Notes: a model not told the origin generated them from the sequence alone. Numbered from the stretch's first letter, positions 26,320 to 40,050 are shown. The stretch is DNA of 64,000 nt from Octopus vulgaris (GCA_951406725.2 OX597814.1:14818001-14882000); one strand, 5' to 3'. Numbers and translations are program-made.

Positions 26320-27190
26320 TTGCGCATGTGCGAATTATAGTTGTGTTTGACACAGATGTAAAACGTGTTTTTTGAAAGCCGTCTTAAATTGAAGTCTTTT
26401 GAAACTCAGCCGTTAGGTAAGAATTTTTGGGGTCTAGTGGGGACCTGTTGTATGTCGCAAATAATTTTTACAAGCAAGAAGTCCTCACTAGACTCTAGAC
26501 TACCGGAGTGAAAATATTAGTCACTTAATTGCGAAAATTATTGGTTTGGTAGGCGTATCCAGCCAAAATTGTTGTTTCAAAACAGTATTGTTCCTGTTAA
26601 GGAGTACCTAGAAGAAAATTGGAATGATTTTTTAACTGTTTTAGAATTGTTTTAAATGTTGGCCTGGAGTGGCCAAAAGAACAATAAAATTTATTGAACT
26701 GTTAATGTTTTCTCTATCCTTCCTTTTGTTTGGATTTTTTCCTCTTCTTTTTTTTCTTTAATTATTTTATATTTTAACAACTGCATTTTTTGACTCTTTA
26801 AAAAAAACATGGCAAATAACAATGAAAAGTTGGTGGAGTGGGAAATTACACCATCCAAAAAATGGTTAAAAGAACTTGAAAGTAAGACGGTGGTTTTGAG
26901 GACCTACTCTAGGACCCTCGACGCCATTGCCGTTTTCAGAAAGGATATAATCGAAAGAGAGCTGGCAGAATTTAAGCCAGTAATTAAGCTTATTACTCGG
27001 GGGGTAAATATGCAACCGTGTGGTTGCTGTTTGACTCCACAGAAGTGGCCTGTGAATTTGCAAGTCAGCTCCTGGAGGGTAATGAAATCTTGTTTCTCCC
27101 TACTTATTGTGGGAAGAGTTTGACGAGGGCTTGGGTTAATTTTTCTGTAGCAATCCATGACACTTTTGTCTTGGTAATGCTTCTGTAGCA
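26320..27190 (+). mobile_element. Decayed 5' fragment (ORF1) of a divergent Tx1-like LINE
   Basis: The ORF at 26809 (TPSKKWLKELESKTVVLRTY), continued after a frameshift (VWLLFDSTEVACEF..LEGNEILFLPTY), aligns by eye with ORF1 TPQHIKQEIENKTIVYK..VVVRFPNQEVAK..LGNDEIIMVPYY. Confidence 0.6.
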
Positions 27191-27501
27191 ATACATAACA
27201 AGAAGATATGTAAATTTCAAGATTCTCATACTAAAGTACGTACAATTTTCCCATTTCTAAACTAACTACAGGAACTATACTGGAATGCAAGATGATATGA
27301 CGGATTTTAAGTATGAATATTATGGATTATTGCAGACGAATAACCAAGGGAATATATATATATGGATTTAAGGACTCTCATCAAAAGTAGTAATTTCTAA
27401 TTTTTATTTTACGTTTCAAACAAACACCATTTTACAATTTTACTTCAAATTAAAAAAAACAAACTATCATTCGATATGTTATACAATATTCATATTTTAT
27501 A

Positions 27502-27589
27502 TCTCTGAAGAGCAGAAGAGTTATCGATAAATGCTTATCAGTATAGGATTACATTATAGGGACAACTCTTCTGCGAAACGATCGTAAGA
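27502..27589 (+). ncRNA. Type I hammerhead ribozyme motif with extended stem II
   Basis: tct-CTGAAGA-gcagaagagtt..aactcttctgc-GAAAC-GATC-GTA^aga, with a perfect 11-bp stem II. Confidence 0.75.
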
Positions 27590-27763
27590 AGCTTAAATAA
27601 TTAATTCAAAACTTTTAAACAATCAAATTTATTTTATACATTATATTTATCTTTTTATATTTATTTATTTATATATATTTTTAATACAATAAGTTCTCTC
27701 ACACGGATATATCTTTATGATGAGTTTGGAGATTAATTCCCTTATATTAATAATAATAATATA

Positions 27764-27824
<61 letters not shown>

Positions 27825-28026
27825 TAATCCAAACAAGAAAGCACAAAAATAAACACAACAACGCGAGGACGTGGAACAAATATAGTATTATTGGACGCTC
27901 AGGAAAGAAGGAAAGAAGGAGGGTTTAACGTTTCGAGTGGAGCTCTTCGTCGGAAACGTAGGAGAAGGAAAGATCCAGAGAAGGGAAGACAGAGGAAAAA
28001 AATCACCAACGGTACACACGATGTCA

Positions 28027-28083
<57 letters not shown>

Positions 28084-28261
28084 CGCTAGTATTAAATATA
28101 TAAATACTTTAATAGTATTAATATTTTTATACAATGGAGCACTCAATATAAATTCAATATATAATATTCTTATTAAATATATTTACCTAAAGATTAATAC
28201 CTCGTATATATATATTTCATTATTAAAGCTGAAAAAACACCACAAAAATAACACAAATAAC

Positions 28262-29091
28262 GGATCTTTTCCTTTTGAACAGCACTTTGTAACATAATTT
28301 CTAGGTAACTAAACAGTTTTAAACTTCGTATACTGGTAGAATGTGTTTATAAAACATCATTTTCTCTTGGCTTTATTGAGAAAATTCTATAGGTTGTAAC
28401 ATATTTCGTCTAAAATTTCTTGCATTTCGACAATTTTAACCCATCAATTACCTCTATTGACGTAAATAACATTCCGTGCATAATGAATATGTCCCTCCTT
28501 TAAGAAACAGATTGGGTTTATTTATATTTGTGAAGGAAAAAGATACCCTTTCCCCACCCCTAACCCTAACCCTAACTCTAACCCTAAATCTAAAATAGAT
28601 TGAAATGCAATAGATCGATACTAGGGTTATAACTATGGGTGACAATTTCATACGACACCGCTACGGAAAATGGGATTTTTCTCTAGCGGTGTCAAATGAA
28701 AATGTCCCCCATAATTATGGCCCTAGTATCGATCTATTGCATTTCAATCTATTTTAGATTTAGGGTTAGAGTTAGAGTTAGTTAGGGTTAGGGGTTGGGG
28801 AAAGGTATCTTTTTTTCTTCACAAATGTAAATAAACCCAATCTGTTTCTTAAAGGAGGGACATATTCATTATGCACAGAATGTTATTTACGCCAATGGAG
28901 TTAATTGATTGGTTAAAATTGCCGAAATGCAAGAAATTTTAGACGAAATATGTTACAACCTATAGAATTTTCTCAATAAAGCCAAGGGAAAAATGAGGTT
29001 TTATAAACACATTCTACCAGTATACGAAATTTAAAACTTTTTAGTTACCTAGAAATTATGTTACAAAGTGCCGTTCAAAAGGAAAAGATCC
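28262..29091. mobile_element. Foldback/MITE with about 405-bp inverted arms and an 8-bp TSD
   Basis: Starts GGATCTTTTCCTTTTGAAC and ends GTTCAAAAGGAAAAGATCC. TSD CAAATAAC at 28254-28261 and 29092-29099. Internal (TAACCC)-like repeats. Confidence 0.92.
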
Positions 29092-29268
29092 CAAATAACT
29101 GCTACTCAGAGTTTCGCATTCTGAGTAGCAGTATTTTGTCATATTTGTTGTGATGTTTTTGCAGCTTTAATAATAAACCCTATTACTCTACCTCTTGTAT
29201 TCGAGTACTATTTTTCCCTACTTGTTTCATATTTATGTGCTTTCTCTGGCACACACACACACACACAC

Positions 29269-29338
<70 letters not shown>

Positions 29339-29541
29339 GTTATGAGAAGTTTGATACGGGTGCAAAACATCCAACACTATTTTTTGAATATGACTGTAAA
29401 TATTGACTTCACACAAACACGTTGCTTCCCGATACAGGCACAAGGCCAGCAGAACTATAAATATTGAAAATTTTACCCACACACGCACACATATATACAC
29501 GCGCGCGCACCCCAACATACATATAAACACACACGCACACA

Positions 29542-29582
<41 letters not shown>

Positions 29583-30267
29583 GCGTACACATACATACAT
29601 ATAGCTCTTCCTGTCCTAAACGAACTTACTTATCCAGCTCAAATTCAGTCAAGCGGAAAATACACTCCTTAACTACGCGCTAAAAAGCTATTTAAAATAT
29701 CCACGTGACGTCTACTGACCAGCCTGAACAATAAGAATTTTCAACAACGCTATTTTCGAAAACTCCATACACCACCCACATCAACATTCATTCTAAACAT
29801 TCACGTGACCTCTCTATTATGACCACATCCACGTGGCCTCTTTATTATGACCAATAAGAAATTTTAGGCGCGACACTAGCCAAATTTTAACATCTCTGGA
29901 GCCTATTTTCTTACCCCAACACCAACTTCCATTCAAACATTCACGTGAGCCCTTTATAATCAAAATTACAAAAATACAATCAAAAATACAATCAAAATTG
30001 TATTGACCATTGTCCACAAGAAATTTTAGGCGCGAAACCAAGCAAATCTTAACCAACTCTGGAGCCTCTTTTTTCACATATAAGAGACAGCAAACCCAAC
30101 ATAAAGTCAGATAAGAGAAAAAATCTATCAGAAAGGAACTCTATCTCTCTTAAAAAAATATCTTTTGATAGGCATAACAAATGCGCAACCGGTAAAAAGA
30201 ACTTTCACCTAATTAAATACACTCTCCCTTACTTAAATTATTTTGTCAGCATTTTCTTCATTTCCTT

Positions 30268-30301
<34 letters not shown>

Positions 30302-30934
30302 TATATGATACGTACAGATATTTTATTTTCTACTTGATTCCGTCATTAGAGTGCAGCTGTACATCGTGTCCTTTTGCTATTTGATTTCTTTGGTCATCAT
30401 CAACAACGATGGACGAGCTAATACTAATAACATCAATACTGCTATGCTGTAGGAGAATATTATGGTAATAGATAGGTTATGAATTTGATTTATATCACAG
30501 AATTACTAAGTATACCTTCCGTATAGAATTTGGCTGATGAGGCATTTGCTTAATTTGTGTGTAGGAATAATTTGAGTTCTGGAGCTAAACTTTTATGTTC
30601 TAAGTGTTTTATAGGATTCTTTGGTGCTTATTTATTGTTCCCGTTTTTTGCACATTGTCAAGTAACATCTGAAATTCTGCACTCCTGACTTGGTAGGTGG
30701 CATGTAAATTACGGCGGTATTTCTTAATATACTTTGAGTAAATAAACTGTAAAATGTTGATTCTGAGAATTTTCATTGTTCTTTTTTAGCCTCCTTGAAG
30801 TATTGTCATCGTAACACGTTCAGCAAATTGAAAACGATTTTTCTTCTATTTCTTGGATATTTGACTAATTTCGTTCGTGCCAAAGGTCAGTATATTCTGT
30901 GTCGTGCGAGCAAGGTAATACACTGATATTCAGA

Positions 30935-31438
30935 GGATGGTGGTGATTCCTGCTGTACTCTTTCACCACAACTTTCTCTCACTCTTACTTCCTGTTTCTG
31001 TTGTACCTGTATTTCAAAGGGCCGGCCTTGTCACTCTCTGTGTCACGCTGAATATCCCCGAGAACTACGTTAAGGGTACACGTGTCTGTGGAGTGCTCAG
31101 CCACTTACACGTTAATTTCACGAGCAGGCTGTTCCGTTGATTCGGATCAACCGGAACCCTCGTCGTCGTAACCGAACGAGTGCTTCCATATTGTCCGCAC
31201 CGTCGCGCCTCTTTTACCACAACTTTCTCTCACTCTTACTTCCTGTTTCTGTTGTACCTGTATTTCAAAGGGCCAGCCTTGTCACTCTCTGTGTCACGCT
31301 GAATATCCCCGAGAACTGCGTTAAGGGTACACGTGTCTGTGGAGTGCTCAGCCACTTACACGTTAATTTCACGAGCAGGCTGTTCCGTTGATTCGGATCA
31401 ACCGGAACCCTCATCGTCGTAACCGACGGAGTGCTTCC
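30935..31438 (+). mobile_element. Two tandem 5'-truncated SINE family A copies
   Basis: 30935-31188 and 31213-31438 both match the 3' part of 5170-5549. Confidence 0.88.
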
Positions 31439-32491
31439 ACACATTCATATTCATACCTGGATTAAATGAGGCGCTCTTCATATTCTTGTTTCATAAGCAT
31501 ACAGATGAGGTTAAACTGTATAAACGTTCAGTGTTAAAGTGTCCTTCGTTCCTCGAAGGAGCAAGAAAACAGATTCATTAATTTTAACTACATATTTTAG
31601 GCTTTAGTGCATTTACTCAAGCTTAGTTGGGCTTGCAGTCAGTGACTGAAGTTTTTACATGCTTTATTCAGGCAAGAGAAAGAAAATAAGAACATAAAAG
31701 ACAGTTTATGATATTGATAAAATATTTTTTATTGATATTAAAATATTAGAAAAAATATTAGAATATTAGAATGGAATAAATATGATACAAATTAGCATAT
31801 ATGTCTTATGATCTGCATTATGGAAAAATAGAAATATCAAAGTTTTATTTACAGTTTTGAAATGTTACTCAAATTTTAATGAAATGTTGTTCATTATTAG
31901 AACTGTCATCTGTAATTACTTTTTGTTTATATACAACAGAATGCCAACGAAGTAGAATGGCATGGGTAGGTGAATGTGCGTGCAATTATCTGTACATTTA
32001 TGAATGGTTTGTTCGTATAATGAGGATTACATCTTGATGATCGGAGTATTTAAAGTTAGGTGTATGTCATGTAAATGGAAAATATATTTCAATATCTGTT
32101 CCAAGTATTTATATTCAAGGAACTTCCTATATGCTTATATATATATACATAAAAAAATAGAAAATGTTGGCAATAAATTAATACGACAGTAATACAGGAG
32201 TCCCGTTCGGAGTTCACAAAATGGCAAAAAAAAAAAAAATATTTACAAGAAATATGTCTGAACAGCATTTTTTGTCGATGTACGTATGTATGTATAGATG
32301 TAGGTATGCATGAAAAAGTATGTATTTATGAATGTATGTATGTATTTTCAGATATATATTTATATACAAGTAAATATACCCATAATTATATATACACACA
32401 TATATTTGTATACATGTATGTGTGCGTGTGTGTGTATGTATATATATGCATACATACCGCATATATATATCCGAGTGTCTGTGAGAAGAGA

Positions 32492-32522
<31 letters not shown>

Positions 32523-32692
32523 CGGTAGAAATAGAGAGATAGCGCATATTTGCGATTGTATGTTTTTGTGTGTGGGCATGTTTCGTATATAGTTTCATAT
32601 AGCAACCACACAGTGGTTTACTTAAACTTCCATAACATTATGAAAACCATTTGTGTTACACACATTTGAATGTTCGATGATTTTGGCCGATA

Positions 32693-33223
32693 TTACGACT
32701 CATATTCGTCCTCATTTCCTCCGGATATTACATCGACCTTCCGTGCACACACACAAGCTGTGGCCACCTCGATGACACTTGGTTTATAAACGTACAGTCC
32801 ATCAACACATTGAGCTGTACGTTTCAGGACAGTCATTGGAGTATAAACCATCACACATTGGTGGTTACTGTCAGAGTCCAGACACTCTGTGCAGCGACAC
32901 ACGACTTCAGTGCGTGATGAAGGAAAATATGTGGAATTGTGCGTAATTTTCAGGTACCATGGGCAGGTTGAACGCTCACGAATGATATCAGTAGATACGG
33001 AAGATGTTGGGCAAGTTTTATCCCCTTCGGTCAGTTCCTGTTGATCACTTCCTGCTGGAGCCATTTCAGCTGGTAGGAAAAAGTTATTGCCGATCGCTGC
33101 GCTGGATAGTTCCTCGTATTGGACTTTCAAATCCATGGGTATTTTACATTGAGTCGGAATTGACGCCGAGGATATGAACAATACGACGTTGGTGAGGAGG
33201 AAGATTACAACCTGGATGAGCAC
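32693..33223 (-). CDS. IL17: Interleukin-17-like protein, paralog B, exon 2
   Basis: Same IL-17 motifs and 10 Cys. Acceptor cacgcag|GTG at 33224/33223, then hydrophobic VLIQVVIFLLTNVVLFISS. Confidence 0.92.
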   Translation of the reverse strand: MLIQVVIFLLTNVVLFISSASIPTQCKIPMDLKVQYEELSSAAIGNNFFLPAEMAPAGSDQQELTEGDKTCPTSSVSTDIIRERSTCPWYLKITHNSTYFPSSRTEVVCRCTECLDSDSNHQCVMVYTPMTVLKRTAQCVDGLYVYKPSVIEVATACVCARKVDVISGGNEDEYES

Positions 33224-33731
33224 CTGCGTGATATGAAATATATACGTCGAAATCAGTAATTACATTCCAATATGAGCCACAGCTAAATAAATGAAGAAAT
33301 ATGAGAATAATATACTACATCCATGGCACATATACACTCACTCACCCACCACTCATTCACTCACTCACTCACTCACTCGCTCCCTCGTTCTCTATCACTT
33401 TCTCTCTCCCTCTCCCTCTCTCTGTCTCTCACTGTCTGTCACACACGCACACATACACATGTATTCACTCCAAATTACGAAAGATTAGATTGTTTTCTAA
33501 TAGATAACTGTGAAGGCACATGGCTCAGTGGTTAGAGCATCGGTATCACTATTATGAGGTAGTGAGTTCGATTTTCGAACCGGGCTGTGCGTTGTATTCG
33601 TGTGTAAGGCAATTTATTTCAAGTTGCTCCAGTCCACTCAGCTGTAGAAACGTGGTGCCACGTGACTGGTGCCAAGCGGCGTCACCTTTTTTCCTTTCCT
33701 TTGAATAATATATGTGGCTTGGAGATGGGTG

Positions 33732-33771
<40 letters not shown>

Positions 33772-33801
33772 GTCTGATTGTCTGTCTTTCTGTTTGCCTG
33801 C

Positions 33802-33839
<38 letters not shown>

Positions 33840-34210
33840 GCATGGGGACTGCCCGGACTTGAGCCTCAAAGGGGAACTTTCTTCGTGCAATTCCATGGTA
33901 ATTAATGACCGAAAGGGGTCTTTACGTCACCCAGTAGATAACTAAGTAGATAGATAAATGAATACACAGAGTATATGTTTGATATCACCCGGCTTTAACG
34001 TTCTATAAGGCATTTGCAGATATTCTACTTCAACACCTGCCAAATTTGCGCTCGTTTATGCTCAACTGCAATTTTAAATAAATTATAAGTGGGACGAAAG
34101 ACAACATACACATGAAGCAAACAATTAAATGTCTATAATAAATCTATAAAAACATACGAGTCAACGCAAAATTATATATGAGTGTGCGAAAGCAAAGAAT
34201 TAAATCAATA

Positions 34211-34590
34211 TGGAAGCACTCGTTCGGTTACGACGACGAGGGTTCCGGTTGATCCGAATCAACGGAACAGCCTGCTCGTGAAATTAACGTGTAAGTGGCA
34301 GAGCACTCCACAGACACGTGTACCCTTAACGTAGTTCTCGGGGATATTCAGCGTGACACAGAGAGTGACAAGGCCGGCCCTTTGAAATACAGGTACAACA
34401 GAAACAGGAAGTAAGAGTGAGAGAAAGTTGTGGTGAAAGAGTACAGCAGGAATCACCAGCATCCTTTGTCGGAGCCTCGTGGAGCTTTAGATGTTTTCGC
34501 TCAATAAACACTCACAACGCCCGGTCTGGGAATCGAAACCGAGATCTTATGACCGCGAGTCTGCTGCCCTAACCACTGGGCCATTGCGCG
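34211..34590 (-). mobile_element. SINE family A, full length, in the IL-17 B intron
   Basis: Reverse complement of 5170-5549. Confidence 0.88.
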
Positions 34591-34784
34591 TCTTAAATCA
34601 ATATACTAATGCCTTAAAAATACGCCTCAGATGCATAATAACAATCTGAGTAACGTACTTCTGCAAGAGAATCCACTCGTTTGAACAAAGGTAAATTTTA
34701 CCATGAATGAAACAAAAGTAAAGATAGAAATGAGACTGAAGATATAAATATAGCAGTTAATATTAACAATGTATGTTTACTTAC

Positions 34785-34799
34785 GTTGGTGATATTCAT
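34785..34799 (-). CDS. IL17: IL-17-like paralog B, putative coding exon 1 (MNITN)
   Basis: ATG AAT ATC ACC AAC followed by a consensus gtaagt donor. Phase 0 matches exon 2. TATATAAG lies about 135 bp upstream. Confidence 0.7.
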
Positions 34800-34932
34800 T
34801 ATAATGGTTGGTCACTTGAAATGGAAAGAACGACAATAGTATTATATATGTAGATATTATCAAATAAAGCTTGAGCGTGTTATCGCTTTAAAATGATATT
34901 CGTTTGTGATGATACCGGCTACTCTGAGGTGA

Positions 34933-34986
34933 CTTATATAGAATATGTGACGCAATGGATTTACCATAAGTCATAAAGCTGAATCA
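34933..34986 (-). promoter_or_regulatory. Putative proximal promoter of IL-17 paralog B
   Basis: On the minus strand: TGATTCA (AP-1-like), TATGGTAAATCC (Rel/kB-like), TTGCGTCA (CRE/CEBP-like), TATATAAG. Confidence 0.5.
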
Positions 34987-35286
34987 AAACAAAGTCAAAA
35001 AAATATATAAATATAAACAGGGGGGACTAAAATATTACCGAAAATTTTACTTCCGCTTAAGTGTAGTACCTGATATCAAACGAGATGAGGTAATTGTGAC
35101 CTATATAACTCAAGGAAAGCTTCAAGTAACCAGGACATAACTTATTTATTTCCCCCTTTACCTGTAAAGTGGAAGTGGTGTGGTGTGACTCGTCTTAATA
35201 CAGGAGAACTTAGTGAAATAGTCTTCTGTAGTTTTCCGTTCTATTTTTAATATATTTTAATATTTCTCTTGCCTATATATCTATCA

Positions 35287-35348
<62 letters not shown>

Positions 35349-35367
35349 ATATATATATATCTATCTA

Positions 35368-35402
<35 letters not shown>

Positions 35403-35431
35403 TATTGTCTGTCTGTCTGTTTGTCTGCCTA

Positions 35432-35520
<89 letters not shown>

Positions 35521-35521
<1 letters not shown>

Positions 35522-36296
35522 GGCTGGGTGAATGGCACCGCGAGTGTCGCCTTACTCTCAAGCAACTCTGCCGTCCGGGACCAAATTTGTGAGACTTCAT
35601 TTCAACAAAGGCGTTCTATAGAAGATTAGTGGAGGGAAGGTGCAACGACGTTCTCGGGCAGAATCTGGGCGTCGACGAGAGACACCTGACCCGCCTGTTC
35701 AGGACAACTTTCGGGCCGGGACCTATGGACAATCACCAAAGATCTCTGGCCTGGCAGTGCTATCGAGAAGCATTGCCTGTTCGGGATAAGCTCTACTGGC
35801 ACGGTTCAAAACACACTGGACCGACTTGCCCGAGATGCGGTCAGAGCGACAAAACCGTTCTGCACGCACTCGTGAAGTGTCCATCCATTTCGGGCCTGTG
35901 GGCTTATGCCGAACGGCTGCTGTCACGTGCGTGCGAGTGACGAAACCACTTTGAGCATGATCCTGTAAATCGTAAAAGAGAGAGAGAGAGAGCACTTTGC
36001 TCTCATGTGTTTTTTTTTCCTCCCTGCCTGAGGTTACCGAGGTCTTTTCTGTAGGCTTTTCTTTCGACGGATGAACCTAATCTTGTTTGTTACTTTGAAA
36101 CAAAAAAAAAAAAGCTTTCTTTCTGTGATACACGATCCCTTTTGATCGCTTTTTTTTTCTTCCAATCCCTTTTGATCGAAATTTTACATTTGTTTCCTTT
36201 TCTTCTTCTTTTTCCATTTCCACCTCCGAAAAGAAAAGCTCTACATTTGTAGTTGGCCCCTCTGTGTCTAGCCTTGTGTGGCCAATAAAGAAAGTT
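35521..36296 (+). mobile_element. 5'-truncated Tx1-like relative in (TCTA)n
   Basis: Encodes LGEWHRECR..FRTTFGPGPMDN..CPRCGQSDKTVLHALVKC, homologous to the ORF2 C-terminus. The tail ends AATAAAGAAAG-(TATC)n, with (TCTA)n also upstream. A further tail-only piece lies at about 36400-36490. Confidence 0.88.
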
Positions 36297-36308
36297 ATCT
36301 ATCTATCA

Positions 36309-36354
<46 letters not shown>

Positions 36355-36618
36355 TTCATTTTTCTTTTAACAATCCATTTTGAACGGAATGCGACCCACC
36401 CCTTTCTATCTCTTCTTCCCAAAAAGAAAAGCTCTACTTTGTATTTTGTTCCTTCTGTGCTCAACCCTGCGTGGCCAATAATGAAATTTCTCAAACGATC
36501 GAACGATCGATCGAATCAGTCGGTTGCTACTCTAAATTTCACGAGTAGGTGATCAGAATGTCAGGCAAGTTATGACCATATATGTTTATACGTATATATG
36601 TACAAACCTATGGATTCA

Positions 36619-36677
<59 letters not shown>

Positions 36678-36816
36678 GCAAGATTTCTTCCCAACGATAT
36701 GTTCCCAGGTTCAGTTCCATTGCGTCGCAGCTTGGGCAAGAATCTTCTGCTATAGCTTTCTGGCGACCAAATCCTTGTGAATGTATTTTGGTAGACGGAA
36801 AATTGAGATTAATCTG

Positions 36817-36925
<109 letters not shown>

Positions 36926-37151
36926 TATAGTTAATCCAAACAAGAAAGCACAAAAAAATACAACAACGCGAGGACGTGGAACAAATAGAGTATTATTGGA
37001 CGCTCAGGAACGAAGGAAAGAAGGAGAGTTTAACGTTTCGAGCCGAGCTCTTCGTCGGAAACATAGGAGAAGGAAAGATCCAGAGAAAGGAAGACAGAGG
37101 AAAAAAAATTGCCAACGGTACACGCAAGGTCACATTTCGAAAGAAATATTT

Positions 37152-37186
<35 letters not shown>

Positions 37187-37224
37187 TGTATATATATAAT
37201 ATATATATGTATATATTGATTGAT

Positions 37225-37800
37225 TGATTGATTGATTCTAGTTTCAGCTTATGAGCTGTGGCCATGCTGGGGCACCGCCATTTGGTTTTGCCACTTGGTT
37301 TCACTTCATGGAGGCTTTCTAGCAACTGCTATTTGGTGCATGAGAGAGTTCGATGCAGCTGCCCTCATCTGCCCCTCCTGCCGTGAAGTTGGTTCATCTG
37401 GGACACCTGACAGGAAAAGATCCAGCTTCATTTTAAAGACATTTGTATCCACCCCATGCAGGTCTCTCAGGTTCTTCGGGAGGATATTGAAGAGCTGTGG
37501 GCCTCGGAAGCCCAGGCTATCACAGAATCTTGTCCTACATCTTGATGGCAGGTTTGGAGTCCTAGGCACCACGCAGTGGCGCCCAGTTCTGGCATTTGCG
37601 TAACTCTCGATGCCAAAGTTCAGGACACTTCCCTCCAGGATCTTCCAGATGTATATTATGGCATATCTTTCCCGCCTACGCTCCAGGGAATATAATTTTA
37701 ATCTCTTGAGTCTTTCCCAGTAGCTTACATTCTGCATAGAGGCTATCTTCTTTGTGTAGCTTCGTTGGATCGCCTCAAGTTCTGTGATCAACTTGACACT
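37225..37800 (-). mobile_element. 3' fragment of a CR1/L2-group LINE with an (AATC)n tail
   Basis: LEAIQRSYTKKI..YWERLKRLKLYSLERRRERY..GPQLFNILP; same family as 24100-24520. Confidence 0.88.
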
Positions 37801-37861
37801 GGATGGTGACCATATATAGTCAAAGTATTAGGACAAGTGTCTTCCAGAGGACCATCATATA

Positions 37862-37988
<127 letters not shown>

Positions 37989-37999
37989 TATGTATATAC

Positions 38000-38126
<127 letters not shown>

Positions 38127-38260
38127 TATGTATATATATGATTTAAATTATAAATTAGGGTATCTACGTGATACCACCATGCTGAAAATAGCAGCTATGA
38201 ACCGACTCTAAAACCACCTTAAGTTTTCATATAGCAACATGGAGAAAAGTCAAATAGATA

Positions 38261-38319
38261 ATTCTAGATCCCGGATTTCCGACTTTGCATTTAGAAATGC
38301 TTTGCTTCATCAGTAGAAT
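38261..38319 (-). ncRNA. Type I hammerhead-like motif (base of stem II degenerate)
   Basis: attcta-CTGATGA-..gcatt tcta aatgc..-GAAATCCGGGATC^tagaat, with a 6-bp stem I. Confidence 0.55.
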
Positions 38320-38469
38320 ACACTCAGAGAAAAACATAGATACATATATATATATATATAAATACAACATGCGAATACTTACATATACGAACGTATACAT
38401 GCATATATATATATGAACGTATGCATCAAGGCTACTACAAAATGCCCGCTAATATACATATATATATAT

Positions 38470-38541
<72 letters not shown>

Positions 38542-38555
38542 CATACATATATATA

Positions 38556-38600
<45 letters not shown>

Positions 38601-38944
38601 CGTGTCTGCGTCTGTGCTTGTCCTGCACCGCCACTTGACAACCGGTGTTGGCGTGTTGGCGTCGTCATAATTTAGCGGTCTGGCAAAAGAAACCAGGGGC
38701 GGAATTGCGTGACTAAAAGCCCTTCATGGATGTTTTTCAACAATGGCCGCCGTCACATGACTCAAACGAGTAAAAGAAAAAAAAACAAAAGAAATGCACA
38801 CACATACATAGTTGTATGTGTGGGATTGTATATGTGCATGTGCATATGTATATGTATATAGAGTGTGGTGTGATAACAATCATGTACCGAGTACCCAGTT
38901 TACAGAAGGGGAATGATCTGTAGATATACAGGTTAGATATTCTT

Positions 38945-39184
38945 TTATTCTTTTACTTCTTTCAGTCATTTGACTGTGGCTAGGCTGGAGTACCGCCTTT
39001 AACCGAATCAACCGACCCCAGGACTTATTCTTTTTAAGTCTAGTACTGATTATATCGCCCTCTTTTGCGGAACCACTAAGTAAACAGACCAGGATCGGTT
39101 GTCAAGCAATGGTGGAGGGAAGAAAACACAGAGGCACACACAACTACATATATGCAAACAAACATACATACATACACACACACA

Positions 39185-39268
<84 letters not shown>

Positions 39269-40050
39269 ATATTATTAGAGACAAAACCACTATTTTGCAA
39301 AACAAACAAGGAAAGACTTAATCAATACATAAAATTTTAATAAATAGTCAAAAAAACCGCCACTACAATTGTTTCTTGTCTTGATCGACAATCTTCAGGT
39401 GGACTTCCAATCTAAAATATCAATATTTTAAAATATAAAAATAATAATTTTAAAATAATTAAAGTATTAATGAAAAAATATAAATATATAATCTATATAT
39501 AACCTATATATAATCCATATATAATCAATATACTAAACTCTATAACATACCTATATAGCAATCCCCCTAACCTAAACATTCACACACAAATACACACACG
39601 TAAACCACACACCCACGACATATACAAATACCCACCCCACTTACACATACCTATACATACATATAAACCTCAACATATACTCCAAAAACCCACTCAACCC
39701 CACACAGACAAATAAACACATACATCCCCAAACCTAAATAGCAAACCCATAAACACATTCACACACAAATATACATACGTAAAACACACACCATATACAT
39801 ATACATACTCACCAAACTCGATATATACAACAATATTAACACACCCACATTCATACAGATAAACAAACTACACAACCAAAATACGCACACACATATATAT
39901 ATATATATATATGACGGGCGTCTTTCAGTTTCGCCTACCCAATCTTCTCACAAGGCTTTAGTCGGCCCGAGGCTATAGCAGAAGACACTTCCCCAAGGTG
40001 TCACGTAGTGGAACTGAACCCGGAACCATGTGGTTGGGAAGCAAGCTTCT
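38945..40050 (-). mobile_element. SINE family C split at its internal microsatellite by a ~630-bp hammerhead-bearing insert
   Basis: 3' half at 38945-39145, 5' half at 39912-40050, and foreign sequence at about 39270-39895. Confidence 0.75.
39360..39402 (-). ncRNA. Minimal type I hammerhead ribozyme motif
   Basis: ccac-CTGAAGA-ttgtc gatcaa gacaa-GAAAC-AATT-GTA^gtgg. Confidence 0.8.

Noticed and set aside
28555-28800. Interstitial telomere or chromosome fusion site (inverted telomere-like tracts)
   Set aside because: The tracts are short, degenerate and internal to the arms of a TSD-flanked foldback element.
30480-30930. Possible decayed Penelope endonuclease region on the minus strand
   Set aside because: Too degenerate to support by eye.
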